A DNA stretch of 64,000 nt, taken from a virus. The DNA is taken from the IMG/VR virus record IMGVR_UViG_3300037087_000181, positions 21,257-85,256 of that record, one strand, 5' to 3'. A program made the position numbers and the translations under genes. Below the pieces are notes generated by a model that made no database searches, was not told where the DNA came from, and saw only the letters and a list, made by a program, of their open reading frames with translations. This document shows positions 57,400-64,000 of the stretch, piece by piece (within the stretch, counting starts at the first letter, position 1; every line of letters begins with the position of its first letter).

Positions 57400-58311
57400 A
57401 TGAAAACATTTGATGAAATTATTCCCTCATTCCTTTCCAATATAAAAATAAAGGTAAAAGAAAGGACATATAAATCTTATCTTGGAAAAATTAATATCTT
57501 TAGTCGGTGGTTAGCTTTGTACGGATTTAGCGACACCCCCTTGGCTAAAATTGATGAACAGATAATTGAGCAGTTCTCCATCTATCTTGCTGATGAGAAG
57601 AAATTAGATCGCCCAACATGTCATAAATATTGCAACAATATAAGACAGGTGTTCCAATACGCAATGACAAGAGGTGAGATAATAAAACTTCCATTTGATC
57701 TCTTTGTGTTGCCACAAAAAAAGGCAGACATGGGCGCACAAGTCATTGAGAAAGAACACATGCGTACCCTGTTAACAGAAATTAAAAAGAAAGATAAGCA
57801 ACTCTATGTGGCCTGTCTGATGGAATATTATTGTTTTACCAGGCCGGGGAGAGAACTACGACTCCTGAAAGTAAAAGACATTGATACTATCAATTGGACA
57901 ATAAAAGTAGATGCCGACCACGCTAAGAACGGACACAAAAGAATAGTTACTGTCCCAAATGAGCTTATAACTGTTCTTAAAGAATATGGCATAGAAAAGG
58001 CAGATAAAGACTTATTTATCTTTGGGAAGCATAAAAATACAGACACCGTTCCTTGCAGCATTAACGTGCTCCGTTATCGGTTTAATAAGTATAGGGATAA
58101 ATTTGGAATGCCTAAAGAGTATAAGTTCTACAGTTTTAAAGCGACAGGAGCTACTTCTTTACATAATACCAACATGGTCTCCTTACGGTCTATTATGACA
58201 CAATTGGGGCATCTTAATTTATCATCTACTCAGTATTATATACAAAAACACGCAGGAATTATTGACACAGTAATAAGAGATAATTTCCCCAACCCTATGC
58301 GTATAAACTAA
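57400..58311 (+). CDS. int: tyrosine recombinase/integrase
   Basis: SAM-like core; CFTRPGRE (Arg), AKNG (Lys), YSFK, QLGH and TQYY. Confidence 0.85.
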   Translation: MKTFDEIIPSFLSNIKIKVKERTYKSYLGKINIFSRWLALYGFSDTPLAKIDEQIIEQFSIYLADEKKLDRPTCHKYCNNIRQVFQYAMTRGEIIKLPFDLFVLPQKKADMGAQVIEKEHMRTLLTEIKKKDKQLYVACLMEYYCFTRPGRELRLLKVKDIDTINWTIKVDADHAKNGHKRIVTVPNELITVLKEYGIEKADKDLFIFGKHKNTDTVPCSINVLRYRFNKYRDKFGMPKEYKFYSFKATGATSLHNTNMVSLRSIMTQLGHLNLSSTQYYIQKHAGIIDTVIRDNFPNPMRIN

Positions 58312-58317
58312 AAATAC

Positions 58318-58325
58318 TATCTTTG
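58318..58325 (+). promoter_or_regulatory. -7 element TATCTTTG pointing antisense into the minus-strand gene block
   Basis: AAAAATACTATCTTTGTG matches the class-B context; no + strand gene follows. Confidence 0.5.
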
Positions 58326-58335
58326 TGGAGGATAG

Positions 58336-58881
58336 TCAGATTTTAGGAATTGCCTTTTGCCAGAGTTTGGCTACCTGACCTTCCATAGAATTAATGGCAG
58401 TTTTATAACCCTGAACTCCTTTTTGATTATCTTTAAAATCTTCTAGTTTCAAACTTAAATCAAGTAGTTTGATGTATAATCGGTAATCGAGTTTGCCATC
58501 AGTGCTAAAATAGGCTTTATAGAGCCTCCGTAGAGTCTCTGAGACACTATCTACCCTCTTTTGGGACATCAGTATGGTTAGCGTCTTGTCTTCAACAAAA
58601 TGCCTTATATTAGATATCGCCTCATCTTCGCCTTTGTAGAAATAAAGTTCGTCTATCGTGTATGCCCGACCAAGCCTTTTATAATAACGCTTAACGTTAG
58701 CATCATAAACACAGTAGTACGTATATAAAAAATAAATAAGATTATCTTTGATAAGTGTTGTGGTACGACCCCTTAGTTCAAACAGCTGAAGGACTGACCA
58801 ACATGGTATCGGGGTGTAGTCGGGTTTGAAATCATCTAATGCATCTGCCCAAATCATATCGTCTTGCTCGGTGTGAATCAT
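58336..58881 (-). CDS. hypothetical protein
   Basis: 181-aa ORF in the minus-strand operon. Confidence 0.7.
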   Translation of the reverse strand: MIHTEQDDMIWADALDDFKPDYTPIPCWSVLQLFELRGRTTTLIKDNLIYFLYTYYCVYDANVKRYYKRLGRAYTIDELYFYKGEDEAISNIRHFVEDKTLTILMSQKRVDSVSETLRRLYKAYFSTDGKLDYRLYIKLLDLSLKLEDFKDNQKGVQGYKTAINSMEGQVAKLWQKAIPKI

Positions 58882-59915
58882 TTATTCTTTTTGATAAGTT
58901 CAATAAACGTAAGTTCCTCTATATTCCCAGCCAATCCTTTAACTAAATCCACAATTCCACTTACTAAAGTAAAAGAGTTTTGACGCTTGCTATCTTCTAT
59001 CTTTGCGAGGGCTACCAAATGAGGTAATTTCTGTGCATTACGACTGTCTGTCTGATCTTTTAGATTGTATGATGGTGTAGTTCTCCATTCTTTCGGACTG
59101 AAATTCATAAACTTATCAACAGGAAATTCAGGGAAATGAATGTTCCACATCTCCTTATAAGCACAAAGTTGTATTTCGGCACTTTCGTAGAAAGATTTTC
59201 TTCCACTTTTAATGTCAATTATAGCACGAATCCTTCTGACTTGTTTAGATTCCTTTGGCTGACCTTTATTTACACCAGAAAGATATTTTTCACCAAAGAA
59301 TCCCTTTTCTATTAAGTCCATCTCACAAACGATATCAATAGCCCCCGCATAGCCATCAATAGGATGCCATAGACAGATCTCTATAGCTAATGGTTTGCAG
59401 TTGGTGTCTATCATAAATTGAGCAAAAGCAAGAACATCCTTCTTTAATTCATCTGCCCACTTGATTCTGTCTGTTGGAATATTATTAGCGGTCAAATAAA
59501 CCTGTAGTAATCCTTGTAGTTTATCGAGATCATAAGTACCATTAATTAACAGCGATCCGCACTGAATGTGAAGAAACGTACCATAATGTGCCCTTTCCTC
59601 GGCTTCATCCTTGCCATTATCACCACCCTTGTCAATAAGCCATTGAATAAGATGGGGGCTAGTTGGCATAGTATTACGAATCATGGTAGTAACTGACGTA
59701 TAGAACTCCGGTTCTTCTCCATTGAATCGGTAATAGTATCTATGCCCGGCAGAGTCTAAACGATATAATGGTTCTGGCTGACACTTCAGTTTGGTCGCAT
59801 CAAAGAATATTGCAGATAATTTCTCGGAAGTTATTCCTGTTGCAATTTCCTTAATGTCAAGTTTAAGTAACTGGGTTAGTTTCTTATTTGGTCTCTTTGC
59901 TTTTACTGCTTTCAT
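58878..59915 (-). CDS. PD-(D/E)XK (Cas4-like) exonuclease
   Basis: YTSVTT, GTFLH, YAGAID, IIDIKSG and QLCAY. Confidence 0.8.
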   Translation of the reverse strand: MKAVKAKRPNKKLTQLLKLDIKEIATGITSEKLSAIFFDATKLKCQPEPLYRLDSAGHRYYYRFNGEEPEFYTSVTTMIRNTMPTSPHLIQWLIDKGGDNGKDEAEERAHYGTFLHIQCGSLLINGTYDLDKLQGLLQVYLTANNIPTDRIKWADELKKDVLAFAQFMIDTNCKPLAIEICLWHPIDGYAGAIDIVCEMDLIEKGFFGEKYLSGVNKGQPKESKQVRRIRAIIDIKSGRKSFYESAEIQLCAYKEMWNIHFPEFPVDKFMNFSPKEWRTTPSYNLKDQTDSRNAQKLPHLVALAKIEDSKRQNSFTLVSGIVDLVKGLAGNIEELTFIELIKKNK

Positions 59916-60175
59916 ACTCTAAACTCCTCGAAATATAAATAATTGAAATGTGAATAAACACCTATTTTATGGGTCTCGCTGCGATATTTGTCTTGTAGAA
60001 AAGTTAGTAAATCACGGAAGAACTCAAAATCGCCATAAGCTATTATCATATTAACAACATGAATAAAATGCCCTTGTAAATATTCCTCATAAATTGACAA
60101 TAGCATTTCCCTGTCTTTAATAACAAGTTTTGGCTTGTCAAATAGCATATCCGATAATCGTTTACTTTTACGCAT
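59912..60175 (-). CDS. hypothetical protein
   Basis: Overlaps its neighbours. Confidence 0.6.
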   Translation of the reverse strand: MRKSKRLSDMLFDKPKLVIKDREMLLSIYEEYLQGHFIHVVNMIIAYGDFEFFRDLLTFLQDKYRSETHKIGVYSHFNYLYFEEFRV

Positions 60176-60419
60176 AGCTTACAGAACCATCTTCGTTTTT
60201 ATGATACAGATAAGAAGTATCTTCTTCAATATCATTATATTCTAAAACAGTATCACATTTAGGACATACTAAATCATCCCATTCTTCCCATCCCCATGTA
60301 TCTGTATCTGTATATCCCGTTCCACGATAAGCGCCAAAATGTTTCGTTTTAGCCTCTCCAATACTACCTTCCCAATCACACTTAGAACAATAACATTCGT
60401 TTTTCATAATTTTACGCAT
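60168..60419 (-). CDS. zinc-ribbon protein
   Basis: CSKCDWEG...CPKC. Confidence 0.65.
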   Translation of the reverse strand: MRKIMKNECYCSKCDWEGSIGEAKTKHFGAYRGTGYTDTDTWGWEEWDDLVCPKCDTVLEYNDIEEDTSYLYHKNEDGSVSYA

Positions 60420-60570
60420 TTAAATAATCTTTTAATATTTTAATTCGCCTTTCAATTTTCCATAAATAAAAATCAATTGCAACAAAGTCTGGGTCAGGTT
60501 GCCTAATTAAGCGTTTAATGATTTTAATATACTTATCAAATTGTTTCCAAATTTTGTCTTCCTTTTTCAT
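60412..60570 (-). CDS. hypothetical protein (52 aa)
   Basis: Hand-translated MKKEDKIWKQFDKYIKIIKRLIRQPDPDFVAIDFYLWKIERRIKILKDYLNA*; fills the gap in the operon. Confidence 0.5.
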   Translation of the reverse strand: MKKEDKIWKQFDKYIKIIKRLIRQPDPDFVAIDFYLWKIERRIKILKDYLNA

Positions 60571-60604
60571 TCAACATTCAATTCAGATAATTTCTATGAC
60601 TTCC

Positions 60605-60982
60605 TCATTTCAAGTATTCGTCTATTGTTTCTTTACAATTGTCAAATCCAATTCCAAACTGGCATGAATAACCAATTGTTCTGAGTTTATCCATACACTC
60701 TAATTGTTCGGCTATATGGGGTGTGGCGGGATCGCCATTAACCTTAAATAGTCTTGTGCCTTCAGTTTTAATCTCAACGAATATACCCAAATACTTTTTA
60801 TATGGGCCAGCAATAAATAAATCCGGCCATCCCCGACCACTTTGGATTGCTTTCATCATACCTGCTTGCGCACGTGAAAGATTCAGTCCTGCTAAGTCAA
60901 AGTGAAAGATAACATTCGGGTATTGCATTCGCATATAAATTGCAATGTCCTTACAAATCTGATATTCTCTATTTTTTCTCAT
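60605..60982 (-). CDS. VRR-NUC domain nuclease (resolvase-like)
   Basis: EYQI, GWPDLFI, FVEIK and EQ...L...GY. Confidence 0.8.
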   Translation of the reverse strand: MRKNREYQICKDIAIYMRMQYPNVIFHFDLAGLNLSRAQAGMMKAIQSGRGWPDLFIAGPYKKYLGIFVEIKTEGTRLFKVNGDPATPHIAEQLECMDKLRTIGYSCQFGIGFDNCKETIDEYLK

Positions 60983-61314
60983 AATCCAATATTTGTTAAT
61001 AGTGTCTTATAATTTCTCTTTATTTTATCTGACCCGTAAAACTCGTTTGATAATTCCTCTTTGAGTTTATTATAATGAATTGATAAGATTGGTCGTGATT
61101 TATAACCAAGAACGGATTGTATTTCGGTGAAATCAAGGTCTGTATTATCATAGAGAATAAGAATAAGGTAGCGTTTCCATTTCCATACGCTATTGCTGTT
61201 GCTTCTCCCTTTTTGAGTAGTTGTTAATTCACTAATATCGACCCCATAATAATCACATGCCCTTTTAAGAAGACAATCAACTCTTTCCTTCCTTATTCCG
61301 TTAACATTCACCAC
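60979..61314 (-). CDS. DnaA C-terminal-like HTH protein
   Basis: ACDYYGV...L...R...TEI...LGY. Confidence 0.55.
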   Translation of the reverse strand: MVNVNGIRKERVDCLLKRACDYYGVDISELTTTQKGRSNSNSVWKWKRYLILILYDNTDLDFTEIQSVLGYKSRPILSIHYNKLKEELSNEFYGSDKIKRNYKTLLTNIGL

Positions 61315-61520
61315 TATTTACAGTCATTAACGGTTAATAAACAATAAAGAGCTTTACACGCTTGCGGGGTTAAGACAGAACAATCAATCTCAATGCCTTT
61401 ATTGAACACCTGAAATATCACTCCATTCGTTTTTACTCGCTTTATTTGGTAGTCGAGTCCTTCAATGGTTACTTTTACTTCACCAAAATTAGGTTTTGCG
61501 TCAAGGAGAAAGTTTTTCAT
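61314..61520 (-). CDS. hypothetical protein
   Basis: ORF in operon. Confidence 0.6.
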   Translation of the reverse strand: MKNFLLDAKPNFGEVKVTIEGLDYQIKRVKTNGVIFQVFNKGIEIDCSVLTPQACKALYCLLTVNDCK

Positions 61521-61524
61521 AGGT

Positions 61525-61803
61525 TTATTTTTTCAAGTCCACTTCCTTATTAGTTTCCTTAAGATAGACCCTTCCCCCTTCTGAATTATACTTATCAGGA
61601 AGCGGTTCAAAATCCTTTTGTTCAAAAAAATCAACATCGGCAGATTTAAAGGCATAGCCATACCCCTCATTATCAACGAACCACACAGTCCCCCTTGTGT
61701 CCATGTCTTTCAGGATGCCATTTACTGTCTTTCTATAACCCTTTTCTCCTGCCCTTATTGAGCCAAATTTACCTATGTTAAGTCTTAAATCTGATACGTT
61801 CAT
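61525..61803 (-). CDS. hypothetical protein
   Basis: ORF in operon. Confidence 0.6.
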   Translation of the reverse strand: MNVSDLRLNIGKFGSIRAGEKGYRKTVNGILKDMDTRGTVWFVDNEGYGYAFKSADVDFFEQKDFEPLPDKYNSEGGRVYLKETNKEVDLKK

Positions 61804-61813
61804 GTTATTAATT

Positions 61814-62125
61814 TTAAAGAAATTTCCATACTTTTTTTAGTGGCAACCATTCTATCCCTTTATCTTGTTTTTTGGAAGTCCTTACAAAAATTCCGAAGTT
61901 TGTAGCCCAGAAAACAGTTACTTCCAGTAAAAACTCCGAGACAACTTGTTGTGACATCCCCGCAATAGTCTTATAATTCAAAATACGTTTATGAAATTCA
62001 TGTAGAATTGCCTTGTTCTCTTTCGTGGCGTCAACTCCAATTTCGTAAAGTATGTCTTTCATCATTAATGAGAAATATACACGATACAAAATAGAATCAG
62101 CGATATCCTCACGAATTGCATTCAT
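61814..62125 (-). CDS. NinB/Orf-like recombination accessory protein
   Basis: YF......I..EIG...LHEFHK...T..MS...SEFL.EV..FWA..FGI pattern. Confidence 0.45.
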   Translation of the reverse strand: MNAIREDIADSILYRVYFSLMMKDILYEIGVDATKENKAILHEFHKRILNYKTIAGMSQQVVSEFLLEVTVFWATNFGIFVRTSKKQDKGIEWLPLKKVWKFL

Positions 62126-62555
62126 CTATGGCATCATATAGATAGCCTGTCAATTCTTTGTGTTTGGGTTGAATCTGATCCCATGTAATTTTGTCCGCAA
62201 TAAAACAATCAACCATGAACTCCATCGCTTTAATAGTAGCGCTTGCCTTTGCTTCACTTAACGATGATACTGTGAGTGATAATTTATTTGGTTGTGGTGG
62301 CGTTTGTGCTGGAGGCAGGGGTTGTGATTGCGGTTTTATTGTGGCAACATCCAATTTTACACCATAGAGTGTGGATGTATTCCCCGCCTTGCTTGTGTAA
62401 GGAATCTCTGTTACAATAACATTATCCCCTACACGTAATCCTTTATCAGATTGCTTTTCGTCCATGTTACCACTTCGGTTATCGTCAAAAGCAACCGTGA
62501 ATCCAGATGGTTTATTCTGGAAAGTTTTCTGTTCGATCTTTGCGAGTTTTGTCAT
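62109..62555 (-). CDS. putative ssDNA-binding/OB-fold protein
   Basis: OB-like N-terminus; Pro/Gln linker. Confidence 0.4.
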   Translation of the reverse strand: MTKLAKIEQKTFQNKPSGFTVAFDDNRSGNMDEKQSDKGLRVGDNVIVTEIPYTSKAGNTSTLYGVKLDVATIKPQSQPLPPAQTPPQPNKLSLTVSSLSEAKASATIKAMEFMVDCFIADKITWDQIQPKHKELTGYLYDAIDECNS

Positions 62556-62574
62556 GTCTCTTGTTTTTAATTAA

Positions 62575-62943
62575 TTAATCAATTACTTTTTTAAACACCT
62601 TTTCGTAGGGATTATATTGTTTCTGTATCCCTATCTCATAGGTTCCTGGAGGAAGAAGAATACTTTTGTGATCTGCAATGGGAAGTTCTTTTACCTCTGT
62701 CATACATTTTGGAGTAAGAATATTTTCCTTCACGTGTTGCATTCTTGCGCCATCGTTTCCGACAACAGCAAAGGTTTTTCCTTCAATCTCAAAGAGTTCT
62801 ACATTCCCGGTAAGTACATGAACGTGTCCCGATACTTCTCCATAAGCAAGGGGTTTATTTTTTACTTTAACCGCATTTTGTGGTAGCGATTCAACCATTT
62901 TGATTTGTACATCGCCATGATGTGCTTTAATTAAATGTTTCAT
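62575..62943 (-). CDS. conserved phage protein, usual partner of DUF6745
   Basis: HGDV...LAYGEVSGHVH...H..I.LPPG.Y....Q.QY.P.....VID. Confidence 0.75.
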   Translation of the reverse strand: MKHLIKAHHGDVQIKMVESLPQNAVKVKNKPLAYGEVSGHVHVLTGNVELFEIEGKTFAVVGNDGARMQHVKENILTPKCMTEVKELPIADHKSILLPPGTYEIGIQKQYNPYEKVFKKVID

Positions 62944-62961
62944 TTTGTTTTGTTTTTATTA

Positions 62962-64000
62962 TTAAGTTCTAAAATCAAATGAATATTCTTCTGTCTTAAA
63001 AAGGCTTAATGATGCGGCAGCTTCTTTTGCATTTATATGATGAGGTTCACAAGCAATAAGATAATCTGATCCTGTTGATGGACAAATAAATTTAACCCAC
63101 GCAAAGGGGTTGTTGCCTATTTCGGGAAAAGATTCTTTTGTCTTATAAAGTTTTACTATCTCAATATCCTCATTTGCATGTTGGATAACTTGTTTGTCTA
63201 CTTCTGATGCACCAAGTAATTCCATAATCTTCCTTTCCCCAAGCACTGTATAAATTCCCCCCCGTATTTCTTCATTTTTTTCAGATAGAAATTTTTCTTT
63301 TGTTATTTCGTCTTTCTTTTCCCAAATCCATGATGGTAAAATACGTCCATGAATAGCGTAAATAGAATACCCGTCCTTAAAAGTTACCGCAGCTTTATTC
63401 ATATTATGTAAACGGTTATTAATATCCTGATAAATTTCAACCGGGCCTGAAGAAACGAATATAATTTTTTTAAAGGCCACAAAATCATAAATTCCTGATT
63501 TTAAAAAATCTTGAATGTTTACAAAATCACTCCAATCAAATTTGAAGTAATTGAGTTGTTTAAAGTAATCATAAAAGGCTACCCATCCAAAATCAGAAAG
63601 ATTACAATAGCAAGAAAAAGATTCATAGGAAAATTTGTTAGCCCAAATGTTAGCCCGAATGTTAGCCCGAAGGTTAGCCTCAATGTTAGCCCGAAGGTTA
63701 TCCACAATGTTAGCCTCAATGTTAGCCCAAATGTTATCCCAAATGTTAGCCTCAATGTTAGCCCGAAGGTTAGCCACAATGTTAGCCCCAATGTTATCCC
63801 AAATGTTAGCCCCAATGTTAGCCACAATGTTAGCCCCAATGTTAGCCCCAATGTTAGCCCCAATGTTAGCCCGAATGTTAGCCCGAATGTTAGCCCCAAT
63901 GTTAGCCTCAATGTTAGCCCGAAGGTTATCCACAATGTTAGCCCCAATGTTAGCCACAATGTTAGCCCCAATGTTAGCCCCAATGTTAGCCCGAATGTTA
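62962..64000 (-). CDS. DUF6745-domain protein with 4-aa N-terminal repeats (5' end beyond the window)
   Basis: WVAFYDYF, RLH....AVTFKDGYSIY.IHG, N.EIR and CPSTG..Y. Confidence 0.75.
   Translation of the reverse strand, partial: NIRANIGANIGANIVANIGANIVDNLRANIEANIGANIRANIRANIGANIGANIGANIVANIGANIWDNIGANIVANLRANIEANIWDNIWANIEANIVDNLRANIEANLRANIRANIWANKFSYESFSCYCNLSDFGWVAFYDYFKQLNYFKFDWSDFVNIQDFLKSGIYDFVAFKKIIFVSSGPVEIYQDINNRLHNMNKAAVTFKDGYSIYAIHGRILPSWIWEKKDEITKEKFLSEKNEEIRGGIYTVLGERKIMELLGASEVDKQVIQHANEDIEIVKLYKTKESFPEIGNNPFAWVKFICPSTGSDYLIACEPHHINAKEAAASLSLFKTEEYSFDFRT
63636..64000 (-). repeat. 12-bp tandem repeat (consensus GCTAACATTGGG on -), about 30 copies
   Basis: AATGTTAGCCCC variants seen directly; encodes ANIG/ANIR/ANIE/DNLR/ANIW. 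Confidence 0.95.

Noticed and set aside
1305-58061. Many short minus-strand ORFs inside + strand genes
   Set aside because: Shadow ORFs antisense to well-supported genes, with no recognisable motifs
63579-63983. Alternative-frame ORF (LTLG repeats)
   Set aside because: By-product of the 12-bp repeat; the DUF6745 frame is the meaningful one
63636-64000. CRISPR array
   Set aside because: Contiguous 12-bp units with no unique spacers
1-64000. Stop-codon reassignment as seen in some crAss-like phages
   Set aside because: Genes are long and densely packed under the standard code, and TAA, TAG and TGA all terminate genes

Overview
This window is about 64 kb of an AT-rich, crAss-like (Crassvirales-related) Bacteroidota phage genome. 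The + strand (1-58.3 kb) carries an SSB, three glycosyltransferases and nucleotide-metabolism genes, then TerL, portal, putative scaffold, major capsid, ring proteins and tail stabilisation (muzzle) protein. These are followed by a large receptor-binding/beta-helix cassette, three putative ejected cargo proteins, lysis-type genes and a tyrosine recombinase. The - strand (58.3-64 kb) carries early recombination/nuclease genes and a 12-bp tandem-repeat gene cut by the window edge. About 20 Bacteroidota TAnnTTTG promoters fall into two classes: with a TTTG -33 box exactly 20 nt upstream (mostly accessory islands), or without it (structural genes). The most notable observations are: (1) a promoter-driven, ~400-nt, multi-pseudoknot non-coding element at 40.04-40.45 kb; (2) tail-module beta-helix proteins with Sec signal peptides next to a stand-alone T9SS C-terminal sorting domain; (3) a small unit containing an SD-led MK* minigene and a basic peptide; (4) an apparently split muzzle gene; (5) a ppGalNAc-T-like glycosyltransferase. 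All family calls come from motif recognition by eye, with no database searches.
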